Positions 24,461-36,456 of a stretch of DNA of 42,949 nt are shown in pieces. Numbering within the stretch: position 1 is the stretch's first letter; each line of letters opens with the position of its first letter. Source of the DNA: Phoronis australis (Eukaryota > Animalia > Phoronida); the NCBI GenBank assembly GCA_002633005.1, contig NMRA01001175.1, positions 1 through 42,949 on the forward strand, in the 5' to 3' direction. Below the pieces are notes generated by a model that did no database searches, was not told the origin of the DNA, and saw only the letters and a program-made list of their open reading frames with translations. The position numbers were made by a program, and so were the translations under genes.

Positions 24461-24683
24461 GTTGTCTTTGTCGCAACGTTTTCGGATAGTACAAATTAAA
24501 ACACTCACTGATTCCACCAGGAACGTCGTTTGGCTGCAGTGTATTTGCCTCCTAGATCTTGTTTTTTATCGGGTATCACGTGACTTTTCGCATAGGGGCG
24601 GAGCTTGCGATAGGTCAATTGCCAATAAGCCAAATGTCGAAATAGTTATCAATTGTTATCAAAATACGTCGTCGGGCTTATTA

Positions 24684-25560
24684 TTGTCTTATTATTGCTA
24701 TTTTCCCGGGTGAAAATCTTCGACAGGTGGTCACAAATTCCCAAAAGACCTAAGGTTACTACAGGCGTGGAGAATTGCGGTCAAAAGGGTCAACCAAGAG
24801 ACGAAAAGTGCGTGGATGCCGAAGCCTCACAACCCGTGTGTGTGCTCTAGGCATTTCCGTTGAGAAACTACATGGTCACGTTACTTGGGAAGTTTTTAGC
24901 AATAAGTTTCTATCGAAAGCGCTCAGTGATGTTATCCCCATCAGATACCCCACTGAATAACGGTTTCATTCAGAGTGTTTCTCTTCAGAAACTCACCCGG
25001 GACCCGGATGGTAGGCTAGCAGCACATATATTTACCTATTGTCCTGGGTCGTAGTGCTGGCGGCGTGCCGTTCAGAAGTCAAGGGTGGCTTTTTCACAGC
25101 AGTTACTCTTCAAAACTATGCTATGTCCAATAAAATTCTCTAGATGAGTGAGTTTCCTTATTTTATAGCGGACCCCACCCCCAGGACTACCAGATTAGTT
25201 ACCGAATTAACATGAATGAGCTATTAGGTAAATTCATAACATTGCATTGGAATAAATATTGACACCTAGAATGAATTTTATTTGCTGAGATCAGAAACAC
25301 ATTTCAGGTGTCATGAAAAATACTCATTCTAAATCACTTTTAGCCTGTTTCACATATTTTAATTTAGATCTTAAATAAGGCTTAGGTACAAAGATTATTA
25401 GTTTCTACATATAAACATGAAGATGAAATGTCATGTAAATGCTGCCTTACAAAGATAGTTTTGTCTTGTGTTTTCGTTTATAATTTGCTACTATTTCTCT
25501 GACTATTCTGTTACAGGTGAGAGAAAACGACTGAAACCAGCCGCCTTACCGTCTATTTCA
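24684..25560 (+). pseudogene. Decayed two-exon THAP domain
   Basis: One frame at 24684-24860 reads SYYCYFPG*KSSTGGHKFPKDLRLLQAWRIAVKRVNQETKSAWMPKPHNPCVCSRHF (C2CH; TGA replaces the second Cys). After acceptor TTACAG (25516), GERKRLKPAALPSI corresponds to the AVPTIF box. Confidence 0.85.
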
Positions 25561-26344
25561 TCTTTCGACAAAGTGAAAAGCAATCCTTCAGCACTAACCT
25601 GAGAGAATTGAACCTCTCACTTCAGAAAGTCATCACTAGATATCCCAGATTATGGACTCTTTTGCATTGGGAAAATTATTTTTAACAAATAATGTTGTTC
25701 CTTTGTATGTATGTGGTTGTTCGGTTTGCCATTTTGTTTTTAAATACACTAATTATTGTTTATTCTCGAATCTTGTGCATAACAGATTCTTATCCAGCTA
25801 GCTACAATTGAAAACATGCTTACATATGGAAATTCTGTTATAGACAAGTTAACACAAAACTTAAACTGTTAAAAGGCCTTCTTAAGAAAGCTCTAAAAAT
25901 AGTTTCACACATAAACAACTCAAATGCAAACAAAGGGAATACTTCGTTTTGATCGTCGTCAACAGGAAAAATGACAATTCGCAAGCGTAATTGGTAATCA
26001 CTTCAGCTTTAAAAAGAAACAGCACAACTGCACTGTATGGGGCTTTAAAAGTGAAGAAATATTGTGGTTTGAATAATTAGTGACAAACGTGCCTGTTGAT
26101 GAAAAATTTATTCGATCATCAAAGTGTAACATTAACGGGCTTTGTACTGACGATAAGACAACCGGTGTAGTCACTGAATGTCATTTTCGCATAATGCGTA
26201 CCAAATTGAAAATTGTTTACCATTAGTATGAAGCCTTTCTTCTGAAAGGAAAAGTTAATGTCACCCAGTGTGAAAAGACAGGTATTAATACCAGATGCTT
26301 TTGGTTTTCATTTCACTGGGATTGAGTTTCAATGGCCTATACAT

Positions 26345-26760
26345 GTAGAAGCGCTTGTAAAAACGTCCAGTTTGGGCACGTGGCTTTCCTTTATGTAACC
26401 CCATTCAACTTCAGTAACTTACAAAATTAGATCCTTGAACGCAAACACAACATTATATCACTTGACTCGCTTTGTGCCCAAAAATTGATCCTGAACTACA
26501 CCAGAGTTTTACTAGGTCTTCTTTAGCTTCAGTCCCTCAGGTTTCTTCCATGAAAAGAAATAAGCCATTGTTGACCACACATGATTCATTGCCTATAAAA
26601 GGGCATCTTCGCAAACGAGGCTTGCTGGTGTAGCAGTCAGATATAGTTCCTCTTTACACTCAAACAATCCACTGGCACATTTTCTAATGGTAGCTTAGTA
26701 GTGAAATTCACATTTCTCCAGGGCCACTGGCTTGTACCTTGTGCCAATGCAGCACTGCTG
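26345..26760 (-). pseudogene. Decayed YqaJ / lambda-exonuclease-like PD-(D/E)XK nuclease
   Basis: Minus strand GTRYKPVALEK..SGLFECKEELYLTATPASLVCEDALL* resembles GLxxxxxxxYLxASPDGLV..LLEVK. Then LKLKKT..VQDQFLGTKR..VVFAFKDL..PKLD.FY resembles QVQGQ..PKLxxFY. Many stops. Confidence 0.7.
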
Positions 26761-28213
26761 GTGTATGGACGACATGCTACGGGAAGAGAAGGAGGTAACA
26801 AAACTTGTCTATGTTGCTGCGTGAAGTGGCCTTAAAAACGTCACTGAACCTGGAACAAATATTGAAACATGAATAATTAAGTACGTTAGCTTGGATAAAA
26901 AATGTTGCCCTTGTTTTTCGAAAATATGGTAACTGCTTTACAATTTCACACAAAATTAAATAATTACTATTTCCGGAAACCAAGCGTGTAAATAATATAA
27001 TAAGTATTGATTTGTATAGAACTGCGTCTTTATTTTTCATTCCTAGCCATAACAATTCTTTAAACTTTTTGTCTGCAAAATATGCAAGTTATTTGGGACA
27101 ACTTCAAACCCTTGTTACCCATTTTCAAGCCTTTTGATTTTTGATAATTTCTGCAATTTTAAACACCGATTACAGATTCATGGGTCTGTCAAGCACACTT
27201 CTGGTCTAAGACTGAGGGAGCCGTTTCTCAGATTTTTTTATTTTTCTTCCAATAGAAGATTTGAAGACTTGTATGCTCACAGAAAAAAATGCATTTTTTA
27301 CAAAAAATGGCAGTCATGTGAATTTATAAGCGACTTGCAACATTTCAAGGCATAAGTTAAAACTTTTCAGTCATTGAGAAATTTGAAAATGTAATACAAT
27401 TTTATGGGTTTACAATGGATAGCAAAACCATTTCACGAAACTTGAAAGAACTTCATGAAGGTTAAGAATTACCTCAGTGTGCTCTTTCCCCCCGGACACT
27501 ATTACCTGTTATTTCCACACATTCATTTCCCCAACCCCCTATGCCAACCTTCCGCTGAGGACCTGAATAAGTAAATTGCATATTACCTTTCTTTAAAAAT
27601 AGCTGTCTCTTTTCAAAGGCTTTGCTCTTTGTCTCCGATATAGAAAGTAGGCTTTGACAACAGATCTGCACTGGATAGGAAAATTTCGCTGGCTAGCTGC
27701 AGTCAATTGCTAAAAATCAATTTTTGTCCATTCAGGGACGGTTGCAGAAGTGATGCATATCACCTTTGCACGGTACTAGCCCTCAAGCCTAAAAGTCAAA
27801 GGTCAGCTGAAAACAGACACGATAGATTTCCATGTCAACGTGTAATAGATTTCCGGACGACAAAGGATATGGAGTAAACTAATAGTCTAATGGATATTTG
27901 TCACTTACCCTTTGGGCTCGGATTGTAGTCTTACCTCACTAACCAATATCGAGTTGACAACATAAACCTTCAGCATTGATTGATTTAACTGTCACTGATA
28001 AACCTGTTACGAATCATTCCAAACATTAATAATGCTGCTTTGATGTACGAAAAGATCCCGAGTGCTACGTCAAGTATCGTAACACACATCCCAACAACTA
28101 CAATGATTAACCTGACTGTCGACTGCCGCGAAGTCGACATCGGCCAGTACCTCAGTTAACAGGCATCAGTATTGTAAACATGGAATAATCGTTAAAATAA
28201 CCACAAACCTTAC

Positions 28214-28281
28214 CTTTCTATAAGATCATGCTTACTTCCTCTCGTAGAAACGCCCTTTTCATGCAATCTCAGATTCAGTTG
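28214..28281 (-). pseudogene. SAP-domain exon relic
   Basis: QLNLRLHEKGVSTRGSKHDLIER followed by donor GTAAGG (28213-28208). Matches the SAP pattern LxxxLxxxGxxxxGxKxxLIxR. Confidence 0.65.
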
Positions 28282-29071
28282 GCGCGGCTGAAATCCATTT
28301 CACCATGTATTAAGAATGATTCCATATAAAAACCACATGAAATTGAAAAATCACCATATACTCAAAAATTCAAACAGACCTAATACTTTTTGCATGTGTT
28401 GGAATGCTGACCCAAAGTACACTGCTGCAATATTTGCACTCAATGACCTTTGGTTACCGAGATATGAACTATTTGGCTATAAAGGCATATTTTTCATTTT
28501 TTCATGTCAGTAAAACTGCATTTTTTGAACGGCAAAAATCAGACTTGGAAAACTAGTGACAAAGTTTGACATTAATGGTCATAAAGACTCATGTAAGGTT
28601 AGTAAGAAAATGAAATTTACAATTCATAGGTACAATTAAATTTCCAGCAGGGGATAAAACTCCGAGACCACTTTTCAGGCCAGTCACAAGTGGCAAGATG
28701 TTGCTTAACCTGCCTGCTATATCGGAATATATTTGAAGTTGAAATTCTCTGTGTAGACATTTCTAAGATTGGAATTTGGTAATAGTTTTTAAAAAAACTT
28801 GTCTCTTATATATTCAGTGCTAAACGTGGCCCTCGAATTTGGGCATTTTTGTGATGTGGCCTTACTCTGACTGACAAGAGAATTGAGGCTACTCTTTTAG
28901 TTTAGAGATATCAGCTAAAATATATGATCTAATATCAACAATGCAATAACACAAAAATTTAAATTTCGCTTTTGAGACCCCAATTTTCTAAAACACTCCA
29001 TGCTTTGTTTAACTTTACCAATAGCACTTTAGGGTTTGAGATTACATGCACTTCCTGTCACTGCAAAGACT

Positions 29072-29248
29072 ATGGAGGAACTTCATACTTGTACATTTGG
29101 TCAATTTTTGTTACATAAGTGCGATCGCGGAGGAAATGTGGCCTTCATTAGCTGTGTTAAAGACGTCAGAAGTCATCTGAGGTCGTGCAAAGTGCCAGAG
29201 AAGTTTGAAAGTATATCGGAATTGCAGTTGATTCTTTCCAGAGCTGGA
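29072..29248 (+). pseudogene. Putative N-terminal exon of the Sola-like transposase
   Basis: MEELHTCTFG..C..SCVKDVRSHL..SELQLILSRAG resembles N-termini I associate with this transposase family. Recognition by eye only. Confidence 0.45.
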
Positions 29249-29754
29249 GATAGGAGGTTGGACTGGTAAACCAATGGAAATGCGCCGTTATATATTTTAC
29301 ACATCAGGTGTTACAAAGTCATTCTCAGATGTGCTCAATATTAAACAGAAAGCCAGTGATGAACAATGTTGTTGCCTTTACCTCCTTTTAGTACATTGAT
29401 TTACTGTAACAGTACAAGATACAGGGAGTGTGCACTTAATATCTAGTCTTTTTCTTGCCATTTCCCAACAAAAGCTTGACAGTGATGCATTCTTTGTTTC
29501 TTAGTAGATTTTGCACACATACCTTTATTTTAACTGAAGCCATTTTGTACTTATGGGTGATTTTCATATCTTTGTGAAGGGAAATTTCCCCCCTCCCTAG
29601 AAACGTTTTGAAGGAGCTACTGATATAATAACCGTGTTGAGACGAACCATGTTTGAAGTTGAGTGGTGTGATTGCGGTTTATGGTAATAAGATGTAATAA
29701 GGTAGTTCTTTAAACTAGCTGTACTACTTGAGTTACATAATTGTTGTATTTCAG

Positions 29755-30000
29755 GTACATACTTACATCCATACTCTAGATGCCTGCTAGCAAGGCTTTT
29801 TCACTGTTTGTTGTTCGATAGATGTGCTAAGGCAGGTGAAAGCTAGGAATCCAAAGATAACGGAAGCTTTCCTACGCTCCGATAATGCCAATTGTTACCA
29901 TTCAGACGCCCTTCTGATGCATTTGTTTTACATATCTGGTAACACCGGCATCTCCATTCTGCGCTACGACTTCAGTGAAAGTCAGAAGGGAAAAGACACC
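29755..30000 (+). pseudogene. Sola-type DDD transposase catalytic exon fragment
   Basis: After acceptor TTTCAG: VHTYIHTLDAC*QGFFTV..VLRQVKARNPKITEAFLRSDNANCYH..ILRYDFSESQKGKD. In-frame TAG at 29788-29790. Truncated by the LINE. Confidence 0.75.
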
Positions 30001-30799
30001 CACTTTTTTTGACAGACACGTTGTTGACATTGTTTATTACCTTGAAAGTAAATGTGGTCATGTGAAGATTGCGTCGAGTAGACAGTTTGGGCCACTTGAG
30101 ACTATTCAAAACCTTAACACTATTGGATCCCCTGTAAGCTCCGGTTATGAGTAAGGCGGCTTGAAATTGTAACTTCTCCAAATGGTGGAGTGCACCCGTA
30201 TTGGCAGACTGATATATAATATCACAATAATCAATGTGTGGAAGTACAAAGGATTTGAACAAAACTTCTAAATGTGTAGAATTCAGATGACGAGAGACAA
30301 GCTTATGTGGGTTAATTAGTTCTCGAGTTTTTTGTACGAGCTCCCGAACGTGAGGGGTGAATGAGAGTTTTTCATCTAATAGTATACCCAGATGTCTGTG
30401 CGACTGTTTTCTAGGAATGATTTCGTCATTAAGTTTAAGGTTATAAGACGTGTCAACAAGGAAGAGAGCATTAATAGATTTGGAGAACGTGAGGTCAACG
30501 CTTTTTTCTGGGTTTAAAATTCATTCTCCATTCTTGTGATTAATAGCTTAGTTTATTTAAGTCGTGTTGAAGCTGCAAAGAACATTCAGGGCTGCTTCCT
30601 GCGAAGGGGTAAAAAAGCGCCGTGTCATCTGCATAAAGGTATATGCTACATGACAGGTTATCAGGAAGGTCATTAATATAAACCAAGAAGAGAAGAGGGC
30701 CCAATACGCTACCCTGCGGTACACCTGCGTTTACAAATCCAGGAGGGGATAAAGTTGAAAGTACGCCGTCGACACGAACACTGTATGTTCTTTCGGAGA

Positions 30800-31510
30800 N
30801 NNNNNNNNNNNNNNNNNNNNNNNNNNNNNNNNNNNNNNNNNNNNNNNNNNNNNNNNNNNNNNNNNNNNNNNNNNNNNNNNNNNNNNNNNNNNNNNNNNNN
30901 NNNNNNNNNNNNNNNNNNNNNNNNNNNNNNNNNNNNNNNNNNNNNNNNNNNNNNNNNNNNNNNNNNNNNNNNNNNNNNNNNNNNNNNNNNNNNNNNNNNN
31001 NNNNNNNNNNNNNNNNNNNNNNNNNNNNNNNNNNNNNNNNNNNNNNNNNNNNNNNNNNNNNNNNNNNNNNNNNNNNNNNNNNNNNNNNNNNNNNNNNNNN
31101 NNNNNNNNNNNNNNNNNNNNNNNNNNNNNNNNNNNNNNNNNNNNNNNNNNNNNNNNNNNNNNNNNNNNNNNNNNNNNNNNNNNNNNNNNNNNNNNNNNNN
31201 NNNNNNNNNNNNNNNNNNNNNNNNNNNNNNNNNNNNNNNNNNNNNNNNNNNNNNNNNNNNNNNNNNNNNNNNNNNNNNNNNNNNNNNNNNNNNNNNNNNN
31301 NNNNNNNNNNNNNNNNNNNNNNNNNNNNNNNNNNNNNNNNNNNNNNNNNNNNNNNNNNNNNNNNNNNNNNNNNNNNNNNNNNNNNNNNNNNNNNNNNNNN
31401 NNNNNNNNNNNNNNNNNNNNNNNNNNNNNNNNNNNNNNNNNNNNNNNNNNNNNNNNNNNNNNNNNNNNNNNNNNNNNNNNNNNNNNNNNNNNNNNNNNNN
31501 NNNNNNNNNN
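30800..31510. other. Assembly gap (N run) within the LINE
   Basis: Run of N. Confidence 0.99.
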
Positions 31511-31767
31511 CATAATTTAAATGAGAGTGTGTTTTTAGTGAATAAGATGATGCCACGGCCACTGTTACTGTGATAGGCTACACTGTAACCAGGAATGATT
31601 AGTTCATTATCAAGGTCGTCTTTGGTAACATTACAAGTTTCACAAAGAGCGACAATCATATAATCGTAAGCCAGAACAAAGTTTTTTAGAAGTTGGAATC
31701 TGGAGAAATTGTTGGATTTAATGCTGTTAATATTTGAAAATAAAATTTTAAAGGTAGTATTGTCTTC

Positions 31768-31809
31768 AGGCCCAGGATTTACTTCAACATCGCCAGCTAA
31801 AAGGAGGCA
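31768..31809 (-). other. 2A-like ribosomal skipping (StopGo) peptide CLLLAGDVEVNPGP
   Basis: TGC CTC CTT TTA GCT GGC GAT GTT GAA GTA AAT CCT GGG CCT is an exact D(V/I)ExNPG-P consensus, in frame and just upstream of the APE domain. Confidence 0.92.
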
Positions 31810-33533
31810 CATGCCAATGACGATTCCGTAATCCATACAGGTGTTATGTAAACAATAGTAAGACACATCAGTAAGCTGAACCCGCATAGCAAGATATCTC
31901 ATTCGATGCCGGTGAGAGGAATTGAACTGTGACCATGAGGGGGAAAATATTGTAAGACCAGAGAAACTCGCACTACTCGAGGCACTCAAAGGATAGCCGT
32001 ATTTAACAATTAATACACCAATGCTTGTTAAAAATTCAAGGGTGGTTAAATGAATAAGGTAGTCTGGACAATTAGGGGAGTCATTTTTAAAAAACAAAAT
32101 TATATCATAGGCTCGCTTACAGGTACATAAATAGCAACTTAGCTGAAAAGCACAACATATAAATTCAATCTTGGGAAACCAGTTAGTTCTGTTGCAAGTG
32201 AATACAAAACATAGATAATGAATGACCTAAAGATATGTACAGAGGAAATATGACCAAATAGTAACGGACAGCCACTAAGGCCTGAGCTCACATATAAGAA
32301 TCATTGTCTTATGTGAATATCATGCAATGTACAATTCCGTCACACATTCAATTAAAATGTGGGAAGCATGTTTTAACGACATCCAAAAATACCACATTAA
32401 TACATACTGTAGGCAGTTGCAAAGATACTATATTACATTTTTGGTAATGGTGCAACTGGGAAACAGTAAGAGGCAATAAGCAACAAAACCCATGCTCCAA
32501 ACATGAATGATTTAGATGCAGATTAAGAATTCGATGCATAAGTACATTAAATTGACTTTCTTGATTTCTGTAATTCTATAACAGATTTTTATTTTTGCAC
32601 CAGCAAAACTGAAAACTGATGTAGCAAAAACGAATGATATTTGTTTTATTTGGCATCTTGGTCGATAGATAATTGCACAATCGAGTAGCGCCTCCTAGAG
32701 TCTTTTAATCAAACTGACAGTCACAGATTGGCAGAAAAGTCTGTAAGTGAGTTATGAAAAAAATGACTGCAAAAAAACTTTGAAAGAGACAAGATGTTTT
32801 ATTCTTGCTTTGGGATGAACAAAGACAGCAGTAATAGATGGAAGTTAATTCATGTTCCAAAAGAATCTGATATAGATTTGAGAGAGTGATAAAAATGCGT
32901 AAAAATGACCTTAATAATATGCAGTGAAAATGATATTTTTATAGGCTAAAATGGGAGGACATAAAAAATCAATAAATCCATCCGAACTACTTTTTCTTGT
33001 ATGTCATTCTTTGTTCTTTCTGCCATATAGTTATTTTTTCAATAGCGTGAAGCGATAATGTGCTGTTGCTGACAAAAAGTCACCTACTTCCCAGTACTAT
33101 TATTTGCTATTTTTCAGAAAAAGTACAAAGTGGTCGTAAAAAGGGTTAAAAAAACTCAGAAGCTCTTGAAAAATCAGGCTCAGGTTTCTTTTGACAAGGC
33201 CAGCTCATGTGCTAAGTTTCAAAAAAATGGTGATTTTGCATATATAGCCCACCATATGGTTTTATATGGAATTGCTCTTAAAGGGCTCGCGAAATCGAGG
33301 CTGCCTAATCTATCACCACTAGTACAGGCGCGCCCTCTAGTAATGTAAAGATTGTCGAATAACCCAATTGTGTTTAGTGTGATGAAGCTTTAAAGCTAGG
33401 ACGGTGGAATGTTAGTACGGTCTAGTTAGGAAGGTGATTTGGTACGGTAGGTTATCACGCTGATCTAAAATATGTTCCGACCGTAAACTAGTCCGGACTA
33501 ACTTTAATGCGAAAGCAGCTTATGACGGCGCCA

Positions 33534-34633
33534 TCAAGCCTTTGATGTGCCGAGAACTTCGTTGGAGACTGTAGAGTGAAAGATGCGCGTATTCTCGTCC
33601 ATTTGCATGCAAGCAGTGTTAGCGTACGAGTTGCCTGATAAAATATTTGCTCTCGGTACTGAGTATTTTGCGACGAAGTTAACGCAATTAAGCAACGTTT
33701 GCTAGTAAAGACAAGATTTTCCTGAAACAGTTGTCTTAAAACTGGATATCTCCGAGGCTCGGGTGCGGAATATTGTTCAAGATTTTCGTTTCACCAGCAT
33801 GGTTCCAGTACTGATTATGTCATGAGTGATGTTTACGTTCATGGCGTGCTGGCTTTGGGAAATTTTTACAAAGTAAACCGAAAAGCTAATCTTTGCCCTG
33901 ATGAAGTTAGCCTATTATATTTCTTAGGGATGATGCATACTCAGCGAAACCGTGTCATACACCATCCGTGAAAGTTTCACCCAGCAACGGTGGCGATGGC
34001 GGCGGCATGCGAATGCAGCCGGACAGCAGGGGGTATTTGCGTCTGTATGGAAAAAATACGCACCATCTTGGAAACTAACGGGGAAGCAAACAACAAGTAT
34101 CACAATCACCCAGAACTATCACTGTTCACTGTTTGGGAGGTTACAGAGCTTAACATTGCGAATTAACAAAGTTAGTTCCGTTTTGAGATGGAATCATTCT
34201 CTTTAAGCTTGCCATGTGATGACGCGGTAACTAAGAAGGTTATTTCAAGACATTAATTAAGCACAACTCTTATTGGTTATGTCAGGCTAATGTGGTTTAC
34301 ACTAACCAATGAAAAGGAGGGTCACATACAGAGTACAACTTCAGGGAAGCCACTGTTATTGATGTGGTCATTTCTTTCAGTTGGTCATTATTTAAGCTGG
34401 TAAGCCAAATTACATCCGAATTCTGTTAAAATGCCTAGACCCTTGTTATAAATCAACTATGTAGTGTTATATATAGAGCGGTGTCTATATTTATTCAAAA
34501 TTATCGAGTCTGACAAAGACCTAGACTAAGGCAGTCTCTGACTGATACAGGACTGAGTAGGAATCGCACGGGGATTTCTTACTAAACTTGTGCTTTCTGA
34601 TTTCACTGCATTCACAGGTTGTATTTAGTCTCA
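33534..34633 (+). repeat. Dispersed repeat family B, copy 2 (no insertion)
   Basis: Collinear direct copy of 15463-16223 plus 16881-17277. Confidence 0.9.
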
Positions 34634-35502
34634 TGAATCGTTTGTGCCTCAAATAATCCGCATCTGTTACCATGCTAATAATCTGTTGATGACACCTCTG
34701 TTCTCGCTATTGGTGTATCTATTTGGCCGTATATCCGACGACGCTGAAAAAAGGGCTTGTGCTTTCAAAACACTAAAAGTTAGAATTGGCCCAGAAAACA
34801 TTATGCATCTTCTGAAGATTCAACTAAAAGGTTGCCTTCTGTATCAATGCCGAAGAACTAAAATGAAGACTACCGCAAAATTTTCCCGTGCAGGCGAAAC
34901 AATGTATTTATTTTTGGAGGATTTTGAAAAACTCAAAGATCTGAAATATAAGGTTTTAACACTGACTGTATTAGATTTTAAAACCATAGTATTTCTTTGG
35001 ACATAAGGCCAGTAGATATTTTTCTTGTGTTTAAAAGGTAGCTATGCTTTGTGATTGTGCGTGGATGGAGAGAGAATTATTAAATCCTGTGTGAATTTTG
35101 TACACTAACAGACAAGCTCTTAATTAACTTCCTGTTCGTTAACCTTTGCCCTTGACAAGATCCTCTTTAGAATCTTTCACGAGATGGCTCTGTTCTACTA
35201 TTTCTTCAGTACACTGAAGCAAATCCTATAACTTCAACTACTAAATTTCACCTGACTGTTTCTCAGTCTTCTACCTAAATTATAATAATGCACTTACTTA
35301 GCGACTGGCAAACAAAAACCACCTGATCTTATTCAATCATATCAATGTTTGTTACAATCTGATCTCTTCCAGTACATAGACCCCAGAACAAAAAGTAAAC
35401 ATCGTCTAAAAGTACATTTAAACATCAAACTTGTATGTAAACAAGTTTGACCCCATGGTTTTAAAGATCTTGTTAATTAAATCAGTTTTTGGCCACAATA
35501 AT

Positions 35503-36051
35503 ATTAAAAACCTGACGATCGCCGCACAAATAAAAAAGTTCATGTTCAATTCAACGTTTCGTCTTTTCATTAGACATCATCGGGATCATATTTACAACAA
35601 TCTAGGACAACAAGTGCCAACATACAGCTCACGTAACATCCACAAAGTGAAGTGAGAGATACATAGAATATAGTCAGTAGCTGTTCATCACCATAGTTGC
35701 AGTGTCACTGAGCTCTGCATGTTGTTCAGAGAATCGGTGGCATGCTGGTTCTGAATGGCCAATGACTCTTTAATGTACAGTAACTCCTTATTAGGTTCTC
35801 TTCAGATAATACTAACTGAATTAGCTTGGTGATTGTTGCTAACACAGTGCCTATATATGTAACTTTTCTCTGAGGTGTGATGCTTTTTCAACCTGTCAAA
35901 TAGGCGTCTCTGTGTATCTCTCACTTCACTTTATGGATGTTACATGAGCTGTATGTTGGCCTTGTTGTCCTAAATTGTTGTAAATATGATCCTGAAACGT
36001 TGAATTGAACATGAACTTTTTCATTTGTGCGGCGATCGTCCGGTTTTTAAT
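35503..36051. mobile_element. Foldback/MITE-like element with ~145-165-bp inverted arms
   Basis: 35503-35667 is the reverse complement of 35909-36051, with few substitutions and one ~20-nt indel. Spacer ~240 bp. TTAA at both outer ends. Confidence 0.85.
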
Positions 36052-36081
36052 TTTAAAGATGTATTTGCATGCTCCTATCTA

Positions 36082-36456
36082 TGCAAATGTATAGCAGGAA
36101 CAATGCTGTTTTAGCATAACCTACGCTAAACAAAGTGCAACTGTATTCATTGACAATTTGTAAATGTGAAAACAAATAAGTCTGCAATTAGGTGAGTTTT
36201 GCACTAATGACGTACCTCGGAGGCTCACACAGACCAACATCATGCAGTGTTAATCCACAGAACCACGTCAAGATATTTACTGTACGCGGTTCGGTGATTT
36301 GCCGCTGATTATTTTCGCCACAAAACTCGTTCTTAAAAACATTTGGCAATTTTCAACCTACTTCATATTCACATCGTCGCTATATATTGTGTTTCCAACT
36401 AATTTGGTCAAGCAATCACATAGATAAGGAATTAGCGTGCAAGTTCCACATTAAAA
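36082..36456 (-). repeat. Dispersed repeat family A, copy 2
   Basis: Reverse complement of 11462-11842. Confidence 0.85.

Larger units (their letters stand above)
22981..24617. mobile_element. Internally deleted ISL2EU-like (PIF/Harbinger-related) DNA transposon
   Basis: AT|TTACCTATCG ... CGATAGGTCA|AT (9/10 TIR match, AT on both flanks). A THAP relic reads inward from the left end and a SWIM relic reads inward from the right end. Confidence 0.65.
30020..32226 (-). mobile_element. CR1/L2-group non-LTR retrotransposon (2A-APE-RT ORF), decayed, spanning an assembly gap
   Basis: APE start FKILFSNINSI..IVALCET..IPGY..GRGIILF. RT motifs [20 protein letters not shown] and LYADD. Thumb region HLGILLDEKLSF..FKSFVLPHIDYCDIIY..LEKLQ..LKWPKLSTRR. 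Stop at 30540-30542 and a frameshift nearby. Confidence 0.93.
28314..33277 (+). mobile_element. Sola3-like DNA transposon relic flanked by TTAA, disrupted by a LINE
   Basis: Left end TTAA|GAATGATTCCATATAAAAACCACATG..AAAATCACCAT; right end in reverse complement TTAA|GAGCAATTCCATATAAAACCATATG..AAAATCACCAT. Transposase fragments lie inside. TTAA TSD plus GAG termini is the described Sola3 pattern. Confidence 0.6.

Noticed and set aside
28030-28062. Minus-strand DLFVHQSSII resembling the cold-shock domain RNP2 motif
   Set aside because: No upstream WF..KGYGFI motif or downstream CSD residues; it lies within a transposon relic and is probably chance.
30004-30010. T7 run as the LINE poly(A) tail
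   Set aside because: The LINE ORF lacks its C-terminal end and 3' UTR here and no TSD is found; the junction looks like a deletion.
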